A stretch of 63,873 bases of DNA, counting the filler, from Octopus bimaculoides (Eukaryota), in the NCBI RefSeq assembly GCF_001194135.2. It is 6 parts of 5 records of this genome, joined end to end, with 100 filler letters (N's around TTAATTAATTAA, not from the genome) between each part and the next. Parts side by side here need not be neighbours in the genome. Positions count along the whole stretch, not along the records: positions 1 to 24,788 come from NC_069001.1; positions 24,889 to 39,575 come from NC_069003.1; 4 more parts are not named here. The stretch is one strand, 5' to 3'. Under the pieces are notes generated by a model, which was not told the DNA's origin, ran no database searches, and saw nothing but the letters and a program-made list of their open reading frames with translations. Of this stretch, positions 13,377 through 26,689 are shown piece after piece. Made by a program: the position numbers and the translations under genes. The stretch's first letter is position 1. Each line of letters starts with the position of its first letter.

Positions 13377-13490
13377 CATACATACATACAGACAGACAGA
13401 CAGATAGACAGACAGGCAGACAGACAGATAGACAGACAGACAGACGGACAGACAGACAAACAGCAGATAGATAGATAGATAGATAGATAC
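13318..13490. repeat. (GATA)n/(GACA)n microsatellite
   Basis: Directly visible. Confidence 0.95.
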
Positions 13491-13820
13491 TGGGGTTGAT
13501 GCAATCGCCTTACCCCTGTCCATCCAAATTGCCGGCATTGTGTCAAAATTTGAAATCATTACAATATATAAAAGAAAGAAAAAAGAAGGAATGAAGGAAG
13601 GAAGGAAAGACTTAGGTACCGTGCCGAGGGTTTGCACCCGGAATCACGTGGCTTTAAAGGTAACCACACAACCATGTGAGGACCCTTTCTGTTTAGTCGT
13701 ATGTGTTGCCTCCGACTCTCTCGGACCCTATCTCGTAATGTTTAGATGGAGACTGGTTGTATACTCTTTCTCTCTTTTTCCCTCTCTCTCCCTCTCTTTT
13801 CTTCTTCTCTTTCTCTCTCT

Positions 13821-13874
<54 letters not shown>

Positions 13875-14878
13875 ATAGTAGTAGTTGTCTTCAGCAGTAT
13901 TACCAGTGTATAAAGAAAGGCGTCATCAACCATGACCGGTTTGATTAAATGTCGTCTGGTTTTTTCAGCATTTCTTCTTGCTCGTCGCCCTTATTGCACT
14001 TAATAGTATAAAATGTCAAGTACGTTTATTCCAAACTTAGTTCAGCTGATAAAAAGAAAATCTTGTTTATCGACTGAAACAGTTTTATTTAAAATGATGC
14101 ATGTTGGCATTTAACTGTTTTTGCGTGGCTCCCGTACGGAATCTCCGCTGTTTGTAGAAGTGGAAGTCAACAGAGGGAATTTGGTGGACGGAAACCGTGT
14201 GTGCGGTCTGCCTCGATCCTTGTCAGAGAGTAACTTATCTGATTCCACGAGAAAAAGCAGGGAAAATACGCTATCCGGTGCTTAAGCGGAGAGCAATATT
14301 GAAGTAGATGGGATTTGAACTCAGAACGCCGAGAACAGGAACAAATACAGATTCTGTAATGACTTTGCCAATTCATTACAGCTCCACCATCTCTAATATA
14401 TTTATATATTGTTAATAAAAAAAAAAAACCAATCAAATTTGCGTCAGCAAACAAGTACAAAACCTACGTAACATGGAATAAACTATTTTGCCATAAAGAG
14501 CAAAGACCTTCGCATAAAAGAGACGAAATGTTACGTATTATTTATAGTTATCACAGTTAAGAATACATGTTATATTGTATAAAATACACTGGTGTCAAAT
14601 GTAAGAGAAACGATAATTTACATATACTTAAAAAGTTCACACAATATGTCATCTTTGAAACTACGGCTATTTCAGCTAGTTAGACAACACAGATGATGTG
14701 TTAAATGCCATAAACTTATTTTTGGACGACCGCGTTGTAAAGACAAGTACTTCAATTGTTATATAATGATATAAAACATTGTGAAGAGAATGAGAAAGTG
14801 TGGATCAATAAAAAAGGTCAAACAATTATACTCAAGCATGAAACTATAAAATATGTTAAGATTTCCCAGAACTTCGTG

Positions 14879-14913
<35 letters not shown>

Positions 14914-16559
14914 CTATAGAATTCTAAATGTTTTTGTTGTACTTGAGAGGCACATGCTACTAATTTAAAAACAGACTCTGATCTGGGAATCGAAACCGCG
15001 ATCCTATGACCGCGAGTCCGCTGCCCTAACCACTGGGCCATTGCGCCTCCACTTGTTTCCTTATACACAATATTAAAACAACGACTAAGAATCTTCTAAC
15101 GCAGAACACCCAACTAATTTTACCTGCGTGCCGCTACTGGTTTTTACGGTGGGTTTTCCATTTCTTTTTCTTTTTTTTTTTTTTTCTCACACTCTAACTC
15201 CGCTGAAGAGCTTTTGTCTGAAAAAAAATTAAATGTTAACGTATTGTTATTAATAGTGAAAAAAGTTAACAGCATTATTTATACCAGTCACACAATTGTT
15301 AGAAGTATGAGAACCGGTAATTACGAATAATGTGTGTCAACATAATGTAAAAAGAATAATAAAAGAAAAACATCCTTGAATGCATATATCTCAGTCGATT
15401 TACACAGATTTATCAATTAAACCTATTTCTCGACTTTGTTGCTGAAACTAAAGAGTATTTCTACAATAGTATAATGTTATGTATTACTAAAAAAAATTAA
15501 TGTTAATCAGTGAATTTGTAAAACGATAAATAATTACGTTCGAGAGTCGTTAAAATATTTTATTTTTCTCAAGGCTTTTGTGAATATTTCAACGAAATGT
15601 TAAACAGTCTGCTCAGTTATTGAGATTCTGTACTATTTTAATGAATGTGTAAGGGACGACCGTGCGAACTCAAAAAGGAGCAATGGTGACGAATGGAAAA
15701 ACAGAGGACTCCTTTTATTTAAACGTGTCACACGGTCGAACATACAAATATATATCAAAGATGATATACATGATATGTTATGCGACGATAACATAGATGA
15801 CCAGTAATGAAAGACCACAACCGTATTAGATGAATAACAGAGATATTTATTGTAGCGTTAAAGATGTATGTCTGTGTGAGAGTGTGAATGCGACATATAA
15901 GAACATAATCAAAGACAGGCCGTCATACAAAGAAAAGTGTGTATGTGAGTTATACATGTATGTGAGTTATTACAGCAGATAGAAAGAGNNNNNNNNNNNN
16001 NNNNNNNNNNNNNNNNNNNNNNNNNNNNNNNNNNNNNNNNNNNNNNNNNNNNNNNNNNNNNNNNNNNNNNNNNNNNNNNNNNNNNNNNNNNNNNNNNNNN
16101 NNNNNNNNNNNNNNNNNNNNNNNNNNNNNNNNNNNNNNNNNNNNNNNNNNNNNNNNNNNNNNNNNNNNNNNNNNNNNNNNNNNNNNNNNNNNNNNNNNNN
16201 NNNNNNNNNNNNNNNNNNNNNNNNNNNNNNNNNNNNNNNNNNNNNNNNNNNNNNNNNNNNNNNNNNNNNNNNNNNNNNNNNNNNNNNNNNNNNNNNNNNN
16301 NNNNNNNNNNNNNNNNNNNNNNNNNNNNNNNNNNNNNNNNNNNNNNNNNNNNNNNNNNNNNNNNNNNNNNNNNNNNNNNNNNNNNNNNNNNNNNNNNNNN
16401 NNNNNNNNNNNNNNNNNNNNNNNNNNNNNNNNNNNNNNNNNNNNNNNNNNNNNNNNNNNNNNNNNNNNNNNNNNNNNNNCTCAAAGAGAAACTGGACCGA
16501 GACAAATTATTGGGTATGAGTTAAAGCTATTTATAACAAACTATGGGCTCCCGAAGGCT

Positions 16560-17230
16560 TCAGAATTTTACTCTATCACGTGACCTTATTAGGGGCCGTG
16601 ATTGGTCAGTTTGCGTTCTGGCGGGAACGGTTCGAAGAAGTTGCCGATTCGAATAATGATCAGTCACGTGATGGACAAGGAATGGGTTCTCTACTACGCT
16701 CGCATTTATTTATATTTAAATGAGAAGATTGTATGTAATGGCGATAGTAGTTTTGTATCTAGTGACGATAGGTAGTTTCACTACAAATGTTTGTAAATGC
16801 CTGTTCATTCTTGCAGTTTTCTCTCGCTTCAGAAAATCATCTAAAGGAATATAAGTTAATAACTGTAGACCGTAGATGATTTTCTTACATGTGTTAGTAT
16901 AAAACCAAAGACGACTGGCTTCAATAAATGAAATACTGGAGGTTGTTTTGTTTTGTTGTTTTCTTTTTGCTGCAGCTTCTTTATTTCTATTCCATGTTGT
17001 CGTTGCATATCGATCTGGTCTTGGACAGTTCCGGTACAATATCAGGGAATTTTACTATGAGAAGTCGCTAGCCAATCGGTTAATCCTTCTCCAATTCTGG
17101 AGAGAGTGAGAGATTGGAGAAGTAAAAAAAAAAAGATGGCGAGGGAGAGAAAGAGGGAGACGGAAAGAGAGAAAGATTTGCGGTGAATATTGTGAATGGC
17201 CTCCAAGGATTTTTCTCAGTACGTACTTCC
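16560..17230. promoter_or_regulatory. Housekeeping-type promoter-like region
   Basis: CpG-rich. Inverted pair of E-box 10-mers ATCACGTGAC (16575-16584) and GTCACGTGAT (16663-16672); CCAAT boxes at 16601, 17072 and 17113; YY1-type AAGATGGCG at 17133-17141. Confidence 0.45.
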
Positions 17231-17352
17231 GAGATACAGAAGCGCAGACTCATACATATTTTATTTTGTCGAGTCAGGAAGCCTCAGTACAGAGTGTAGG
17301 GGACGTGCAGAAACAACCAAAGTTGATTCCGATGGCATCTGAAGACAGAGTG

Positions 17353-17585
17353 AAGGCACATGGCTCAGTGGTTAGCGCGTCAGTCTCACAATCATGCAGT
17401 AGTGAGTTCGATTCCCGGATTGGGATGTGTGTTGTGTTCTTGAGCAAGACACATTATTTCACGTTGCTCCAGCTCACTCACCTGTAGAAATGAGTAGTGA
17501 CGTCACTGGTGCTAAGTTGTATCGGCCCCTTCGCCTTTCCTTTGGATAACATCGGTGACGTGGAGAAGGGAGGCTGGTGGGGGAC
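17353..17585 (+). mobile_element. tRNA-derived SINE head and body
   Basis: TGGCTCAGTGGTTAG...GAGTTCGATTCCC A/B boxes followed by TTGAGCAAGACAC. Confidence 0.7.
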
Positions 17586-18092
17586 GCTAGGGGCGGCAAT
17601 TTTCATCCTCTTGTAGGCTATTGCTGTAGGCAATATGTTTTTGCAGGGTCCGGAGGCGGCAAATGGAAGGGCCGCCCTGGGCGTCACACACTCTAGCTAC
17701 ACCAGTGCAGGAATGTATTTAATGTGTAAAATTGGTAAATCCCTTAGTGTTTTACTGCTATATTTAATAGCTATTTAAGCAATGAGCTCAAGGGTGGTTA
17801 GTGGGTTGGCTGTAGTCCTGAAGAAGGAACAAGAACTCCTGAAATATGTATATACATCCATAATAATTTTTCTATCTTTAATCACATTCTTTACATTAGA
17901 CGATTCGGATACGAAATGTCTTAACAAATCAGTGCGCGCTATGATTTCTATAGAAAAGCTGTACAGATAATCTTAAAAAGTGACCAGAAAATAGCAGTGT
18001 ACATATACCTATCAGTAGGTATTATATACACATACATATATATGTATATATAGTAAATATATATATAGAGAGAGAGAGAGAAAGAGAGATAA

Positions 18093-18141
<49 letters not shown>

Positions 18142-18159
18142 AGTAAATACATATGTATA

Positions 18160-18202
<43 letters not shown>

Positions 18203-19629
18203 GTGTGTATGTACGTATGTGCGTCTATGTATATGTATGTACATATGCTTATATTTATAAACACGCATGCGCGCGCACACACACACATACATACATGTGT
18301 GTGTGAGTGTGTGTGTGTGTGTGTGTGTGTAAATAAACAAAACTTTAGTTATTAACGCTGCTCTATTAATCCAATAACCTTTTAAAAATTCTGCCTCACT
18401 TCCAAACTGAGCATCCGATACACAATAACCTAACAGAAATTTACACATTCACATTATTACCATCATCTCCGCATCCGAATAAAGGAAATATAGAAGGCAA
18501 ACTAGTTTTGTTTCTAGGGTAATGCCTTGAATCCAAGTAAATTGTCTGACTTCTGCGTCACCAAATTCTCTTCATTATACAACCTTTATTTTATTTCTTT
18601 CTCTACTTGGTTATATAAACTATAAGCGCTGTTTTTCTTTTCTCTCTTTTAATTACATAATCATTGTGATTTTTTTTCCCTTCTTCACGTCATATTATTG
18701 CTTAACAGCTTGTGAGTGTTGAAACAGGCATTAGAAAACAATTCTCATATCCCGTGTTAGATATTTCCTTTCTTTGCATGGAAATGGCTATATTTCAATG
18801 ATTGAGGAGGTCTACAAAATGTTTAAGTAGCTCAAAGCATAAGTAAATGATGTAGATGCGGTTTCAATCCTAGTAAGCAGATTGCAAATGTCCAAGTGTT
18901 AGACTCTATCTTCGCATGTTCTTCTCCATCTACGACGTCTTCTGTTTCTCTTGACCCGACAAGTTTCTTACCACCTTTATTACAGGCACGCTTCTCTCAT
19001 CAGACTCACCTTTATCTCCTCTTCACAGCATCATCATAATCATCATCGTCATCGTCGGCATCGTCGCCATCATCATCATCATCATCATCGTTATCATCGT
19101 CATCGTCATTGTCATCATCCTCATCATCTATGCTGGCATGGGTTGGACTGTCTGACAGGAGCTGGCAAGCCCCGGAGTCACACCAAGAGCTCCTGTCGTC
19201 TGTTTTGGCATAGTTTCTACAGCTGGGTGCCTTCCTAATAGCAACCACTTTACAGAGTGTAAAGGATGCTTTTTATTTAGCACCAGCATCAGAGCTTTTC
19301 AAGTGGCCCTGGCACCAGTGCATTTTGTGTGGCACCAGCACCAACAGGGCTACCAAGTACTCTCTAAGATAAAAAAAAACTCAAATACAAAATGTATCTC
19401 CTGAATACGGAGAGTTCCAGTCCAAAACTGATATAGAAATATTCAGCTTAATATTGTTGCCTTCGTTTGAGAGAGCCTTAAGTATTCATTTCATTGTTTA
19501 TTTTTGTTTTCAGGCTCATCAGTCCTGATCAGGTAAATGTATGTTCAAAGACATTCTAGCCATCACCATCCCTTACTTGGATGAACATTGAGAACATTAT
19601 ATATCATGTATGCTTCTCTTTATTCTTTA

Positions 19630-19839
19630 CTCTTTTACTTGTTTCAGTCATTTGACTGCGGCCATGCTGGAGCACCGCCTTTAGTCGATCAAATCGACCC
19701 CAGGACTTATTCTATGTAAGCCTAGTACTTATTCTATCGATCTCTTTTGCCGAACCGCTAAGTTACGGGGACGTAAACACACCAGCACCGGTTGTCAAGC
19801 GATGTTGGGGGACAAACACAGACACACAAACATATACAC

Positions 19840-19902
<63 letters not shown>

Positions 19903-20090
19903 TATATATATATATATATACATATACGACGGGCTTCTTTCAGTTTCCGTTTACCAAATTCACTCACAAGGCTTTGGTCGGCCCGAGGCTATAGTAGAAG
20001 ACGCTAGCCCAAGGTGCCACGCAGTGGGACTGAACCCGGAACCATGTGGTTGGTAAGCAAGCTACTTACCACACAGCCACTCCTACGCCT
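19630..20090 (-). mobile_element. tRNA-derived SINE family A (Octopus OR1-like), full length
   Basis: Pol III A/B-box head (GTGGCTGTGTGGTAAG...GGTTCAGTCCC), internal (CA)/(TA) tract and conserved tail; near-identical copies elsewhere in the window. Confidence 0.85.
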
Positions 20091-21536
20091 ATTTAAAAAA
20101 AAACAATTGTGCGTGAAGTGAACCAGGTAAGGCTGCTGTTTCCAGCAGATCGAGCAAACATGAACAGGCTCACTCATTGACTCAGGCTGCACCTAAAACT
20201 TAAAAGTTTGTTTCTGTGAAACATAGGAGGGGTGGGGGAGAGAGAGATTGGTGGATAAGCACATGATAGAGAATATCAGTGAAGATTATTGACATTTACA
20301 GACAAACAACATGAAGCTACACAAACATTGTTGGTTTAAGGTTGCAGAGAACTGGATAAAGTGAACAATGTAATGTTATATTAGCAACATAAGAATCAAT
20401 AGAAAATATTTGCAGATATCATACTTACTTCGCCAGGTTGACTTTAGTTAATTAGCTAACAGATCACATGATGTGTCAAAACATTGCCACTGAAGATATC
20501 CTAGCATAGGATGGCATGGTCGTGACTAAAGTTCATGTGACCGGAGATCAAAGATCTGATCTAGGTCTAAATATAGCAGTGGGTAAAAAGTAGGCATACA
20601 GTTGCTTAGTATGAGTGGAATGTTCTTTTCATTTCTCTATGCTGGCTCATGTGGATTTTCTAAAGACTCTAACTGTAGAAAAAAACTTTCCATCACAAAT
20701 TCCACACCATCATCTGAAATATATTTGTAGAAAATTTTTACTGGAAAATATCCACTTTCCTGGAAGTTATGAGGAAATAACGTCAATGGTATACTTGTGT
20801 AGGTGTGCCTATGGAAAGAGCCCTCCATTGGTATTAAGTAATTATATGTCTACTAGCTGGCCCTGTGCAGTAAAAAATGGGTGGGGGGAAAGGGCAATAC
20901 AAACCAATGTACAAGCCAACCCAATAATATGAACCTGAACCGACAGATTTTTCTGCAAAATATCGATAGTTATCCTGTTCATGCCATATTATTAGCATTA
21001 TCCTGCGTTTGAGAATAAAATTATTTCCTTATCTGTATCTTTCAATATATATATATATATATATATATGCCTACATGCATACATTAATACATACATATAT
21101 ATATATANNNNNNNNNNNNNNNNNNNNNNNNNNNNNNNNNNNNNNNNNNNNNNNNNNNNNNNNNNNNNNNNNNNNNNNNNNNNNNNNNNNNNNNNNNNNN
21201 NNNNNNNNNNNNNNNNNNNNNNNNNNNNNNNNNNNNNNNNNNNNNNNNNNNNNNNNNNNNNNNNNNNNNNNNNNNNNNNNNNNNNNNNNNNNNNNNNNNN
21301 NNNNNNNNNNNNNNNNNNNNNNNNNNNNNNNNNNNNNNNNNNNNNNNNNNNNNNNNNNNNNNNNNNNNNNNNNNNNNNNNNNNNNNNNNNNNNNNNNNNN
21401 NNNNNNNNNNNNNNNNNNNNNNNNNNNNNNNNNNNNNNNNNNNNNNNNNNNNNNNNNNNNNNNNNNNNNNNNNNTCTAACATGTGTGGGTGAGTGTCTAA
21501 GTGCATGTATGTATGTGTGTATATGCATATGTGTAT

Positions 21537-21777
21537 AGAGGGTGGCCCAAAAGTGGGTTTACTGTTATTCAACTGTCTCTTTCGCATTCATATATTTACA
21601 GTTTAGATCTTAATTATAAAAAAAAATATGAAACCATCATTCTACACTAATTTAGTTAATTTTGTCAAGCTCACTTTTCAGCTTGTAAGATAGAAATTTA
21701 AATTTAAATAAGATGTTTCAAAAGAAATTTAAAGTGCCTACGTGATAACTGTAAACCTACTTTTGGGCCACCCAGTA
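21537..21777. mobile_element. Tc1/mariner-type MITE
   Basis: TIRs GGGTGGCCCAAAAGTGGGTTTAC and GTAAACCTACTTTTGGGCCACCC, with TA at both ends. Confidence 0.75.
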
Positions 21778-23609
21778 TGTCTTTTATCCTTTATTTGTTT
21801 CAGTCATTTGATTGTGGCCATGCTGGGGGCTATGGCCTTGAAAATTTTTAGTTGAACAAAGTTACTTTCCAGGTCGTATAGACTCATAGGGCCGGTTTCC
21901 CAATTTCCATGACATATAAATTTCCCACCTGGAATTTGTTGGCATTGGGTTACAATTGAGATTGCATGACCAACAGGAGTAGGCTGTGGTCTGTACGGGC
22001 AGCAAGGATTAAATACCCTGCCCTTGTGTGGGGGGGGAGCCTGGCCTAGGGTGGCATACCTCAGTTGTCTGCTGCCAGAGAATTGAAGTTCATTAAAAGG
22101 GGAGGCCTCTGATGGTAACATAAACATATATACATATATTTAAATATATATAAATTAGTAAATTTCGTTTTGGGATTTGGTCTGCAAGATTCTTTATGTG
22201 AGTTCGTGTATTGAAGCATATTCTGTTGTGTCTGGGGAGAGTCATTCTCTTTTGGTGTCTTATAAGAGTCAAGACAATCGAAAAGGTTGCAAGACGCAAC
22301 GAAAATTTTAGGAAAAGAAAAATAAGGAGTAAGTGGAAATTTTACCGGTGAGTGTGTTAAATATTAAGGCACAAAAAGAAAATGACTCTCCCCAGACACA
22401 ACGTAAATTAGTAAATATATAAATAAATATGTATACACACATATATGTACATATGTATATAGATATATATTTATATGTATGTATGTATGTATATACATAT
22501 ATATATNNNNNNNNNNNNNNNNNNNNNNNNNNNNNNNNNNNNNNNNNNNNNNNNNNNNNNNNNNNNNNNNNNNNNNNNNNNNNNNNNNNNNNNNNNNNNN
22601 NNNNNNNNNNNNNNNNNNNNNNNNNNNNNNNNNNNNNNNNNNNNNNNNNNNNNNNNNNNNNNNNNNNNNNNNNNNNNNNNNNNNNNNNNNNNNNNNNNNN
22701 NNNNNNNNNNNNNNNNNNNNNNNNNNNNNNNNNNNNNNNNNNNNNNNNNNNNNNNNNNNNNNNNNNNNNNNNNNNNNNNNNNNNNNNNNNNNNNNNNNNN
22801 NNNNNNNNNNNNNNNNNNNNNNNNNNNNNNNNNNNNNNNNNNNNNNNNNNNNNNNNNNNNNNNNNNNNNNNNNNNNNNNNNNNNNNNNNNNNNNNNNNNN
22901 NNNNNNNNNNNNNNNNNNNNNNNNNNNNNNNNNNNNNNNNNNNNNNNNNATATATATATATATATATACATGATGGGGAGGAGAAAAAGGTTTAGTTGGT
23001 GGAGTGGGGGGGAACTTTTTTGTTTCTTTTTGAAACGTGGTTGGATGCAATTAGATGGAGTTTAAGTTGTAATTTCTAGCAGATTTAATGTCCATGTAGA
23101 ATCTCATTAATTAGTTCATAAATGTGAGAACACCCACCACCACCCCCTCTCTGCCACTATTGTTAACTCTAAGGTAACAATAAGAGAAAGTTCAGGGTCT
23201 CAATGTAATTCCAGTGACCCGCTGTCTACTAGAATTGAAAACCAGATCAAGTTTGATATGATGAAATGATAAACTAGTCTTATCAGCAAAGAGCCACTTT
23301 CTCTATCAGTAGTCTAGACAGATTATTTGTTGGTAAATCGATAGCAGAGCAAAGATAAACTGGTGTGGTTATAGTTGACTTGATACCTGCACAGTTATAC
23401 AATTACACATGTTTAAAGTATCCTTTTTGCTTATGCATTTATGCAATTCCATAAATGATTTTACTTGCAGAGCCCATGGAAATTCTAGTGTTGATACAAA
23501 ATTTCTTAGATGGTTAAAAGTTTATACAAAGCCATAGAAATTAGTGTTCCTTTATAAATTGTATATTCTGCACTGTATTATTTTTATTTAAAAATACCTT
23601 ATATATATT

Positions 23610-23660
<51 letters not shown>

Positions 23661-24888
23661 ACGTATGTGACAGCATGTGACAGAATGTCTACATCTATAG
23701 AAGGGTGTTTCTTTGATAGCAATAATACAATAGACCAAAAGAAACCTATTAATGAACTTCGAACCATTGAACTTCAAACCACACACTCATACTCACACTC
23801 ACACACACGTATACACATATATATACATAAACACATATACATATAATTTATACCTTATATGTGTGTATATATATATATATACATATATATATATNNNNNN
23901 NNNNNNNNNNNNNNNNNNNNNNNNNNNNNNNNNNNNNNNNNNNNNNNNNNNNNNNNNNNNNNNNNNNNNNNNNNNNNNNNNNNNNNNNNNNNNNNNNNNN
24001 NNNNNNNNNNNNNNNNNNNNNNNNNNNNNNNNNNNNNNNNNNNNNNNNNNNNNNNNNNNNNNNNNNNNNNNNNNNNNNNNNNNNNNNNNNNNNNNNNNNN
24101 NNNNNNNNNNNNNNNNNNNNNNNNNNNNNNNNNNNNNNNNNNNNNNNNNNNNNNNNNNNNNNNNNNNNNNNNNNNNNNNNNNNNNNNNNNNNATATATTA
24201 ATAGTAATGGCAGACAGGCAGACAAATACATAGAACGATAAACAGATCGGTTTTTTTTATTCTTCCTCCAGCTCTCTCTCCCTTCAGCATTTAAATCTCT
24301 GCCACTACTATATGAACTGTATATGCCATGTGAGTCCGAATAGTGGTGTCGCTTTGAATGCGCAGAATGCAGAATATGCCAGTCGGTGCGTGACTGAGGC
24401 AGAGTGAACGACCGTGCGCATGAGTGCTGAATGAGTCAGTTGTTGCGTGACTGAGGCAGTCAGTGAGCATGCAAGGGCGTATACATGAGTGCGAGAGAAA
24501 GTCCTGCAGCTGGGGAATAAGATCTTTGCTGATATCATGGATTGAGGATGCACACACTCACTCACCTCAGCTTATTTTTCCCTGAAGAGGCTCAGGGATT
24601 AAATTTCCAAAAGCCGAAACTCGGGAATGTAGATGTCCTAAATAGCATAATCTTTCATAGTTGTACTTTTGAATGGATTAACTTTTCCCGTTTCCTCGCC
24701 TACTGTTATTTCTCTGTTATCTTGGTGCTTTATTTCCAGCATGTTGATGTTTTCTACATCCTAATGATTCGTAACTGATTTATAATATNNNNNNNNNNNN
24801 NNNNNNNNNNNNNNNNNNNNNNNNNNNNNNNNTTAATTAATTAANNNNNNNNNNNNNNNNNNNNNNNNNNNNNNNNNNNNNNNNNNNN

Positions 24889-25430
24889 TGTTCTATGGAC
24901 ACAAATGTATTTCTTAAGGCCTGGTGGTGTCTTACAAACCTTTTGGCAAATGGAACAAGTTGAAGACTCAGTTAGCTTGAGTGCTTGTGGATCATTTAGT
25001 ATGTGGTTCCTGGGGGTGGATGGCAAGGCCTGTTTTGCATTGTGCCACAATGACAGGTAAGGTTTCCATTTAGAAGAGCAGCGTTTTACCTGCATGCCTT
25101 CACGCTTGTACAATGTTGGTCCCAGTGTTGGAGTCAAGTTTGCTTAAATCTCTGAACTGAGGAGAAGCTGGAGTGGAGCCAGGTCCTGCATTCTGATGCT
25201 TTGTTTTTCCCAGGAAGAAAAGGGAATGTTGCATCTCTTCAGATTGTCTTTTAGTTTGTCTTTGAAGTGCAAGAGTGACCTTCCAACTGACCTTCTTGTT
25301 GGGAATTTGGCCAAAGAGAAGTTGCTTCGGAATTTTGATATCACTCAGACGTGAGAGATGACCTGACCATCTAAGCTGTATTTTGATGAGGATGGCTCCA
25401 GTACCTGATATATGGCATTTTGTTAGCACC
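24889..25430 (-). mobile_element. RTE (BovB-like) LINE 3' ORF relic
   Basis: QLRWSGHLSRLSDIKIPKQLLFG, FKDKLKDNLKRCNI and terminal CSICQKVC...H zinc-finger-like motif across frameshifted ORFs 25100..25429, 25144..25344 and 24841..25137. Confidence 0.88.
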
Positions 25431-25526
<96 letters not shown>

Positions 25527-26689
25527 TGTATATATCATCATCATCGTTTAACGTCCGCTTTCCATGCTAGCATGAGTTGGACGATTTGACTGAGGACTGG
25601 TGAAACCGGATGGCAACACCAGGCTCCAATCTAATTTGGCAGAGTTTCTACAGCTGGATGCCCTTCCTAACGCCAACCACTCAGAGAGTGTAGTGGGTGC
25701 TTTTACGTAGATGAGTGGTTGGTGAGAGCTGTACAAGCCTTGTACAGGGATATTACCAGTAAAGGGAATCATACTGCTGCTATTTAGCCCTAGGAAGCTG
25801 GACCGCTTCCTGTTGGCCTTGACACATCTCTTGTGTCCTTATATTTGCGAGGGGGAGACAAACACCCCCACCCAGCCTAGTCTGCATTCAGGGACATGTT
25901 TNNNNNNNNNNNNNNNNNNNNNNNNNNNNNNNNNNNNNNNNNNNNNNNNNNNNNNNNNNNNNNNNNNNNNNNNNNNNNNNNNNNNNNNNNNNNNNNNNNN
26001 NAGGCCAGTCAGGCGGTACTGGCAACGGCCACGCTCAAAATGGTGCATATACATGAAAGTGATAAACTCCACCAAATAACTGACCAATCCAGTGATCTGC
26101 TGTCTCATGCTCCAACACAAGATAACACCTCACAATATGGATGTTATTAATATGCTGTGATTAAGCAGAATAAAAAGCAGCAATAATTAGAAATTACAGA
26201 TTGAAATTTAAAGATGCCAAGGTGGTATATACAAGAAATATGTCTATGCAAGAAATATTATTCTTCAGGAACTTTTGCAGAGAATACAAATAATAATACC
26301 TATTACGTACATTTGTAGCTTTTGCACAGAATGTGTCAAATATGTTGGAAATGTATAGCTTTAGCTTAAACAAACCTACTGTTTTTTGAAAATCCTTAGA
26401 AAAAATGGTTTCTTGCAAACCTTTAGAAAATCAATGTAACCTGATTGTATGTTCATGTACCCATGTGCAAAATATGCATATATCTTGGTAGTTTTGAATA
26501 CAGATTTTGAATACATATTTGTTTGAATACGACATTCGTGAAGTTGGGTAGAAAATAACATAATATAGAATAATGACTGAATAATTGACTTCAATAGATT
26601 ATACATATTAAAAGTAATCAAACCTGTATAATACTTGAGGAGTGATAAATACAAGTATTATTTCCTCCTATCATCTTGTGTACATTGGA

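Noticed and set aside
14975-15052. tRNA-like sequence with A and B boxes
   Set aside because: Matches the head of SINE family C (33085); no proper acceptor stem, so not called a tRNA gene.
20615-20932. 105-aa + strand ORF
   Set aside because: GTG start, no domain motif, and the 3' part overlaps a Helitron-like repeat start (ACTAGC).
24833-24844. Recurrent TTAATTAATTAA between N runs (five places)
   Set aside because: Scaffolding linker with six-frame stops; not biological and not a CRISPR-like repeat.
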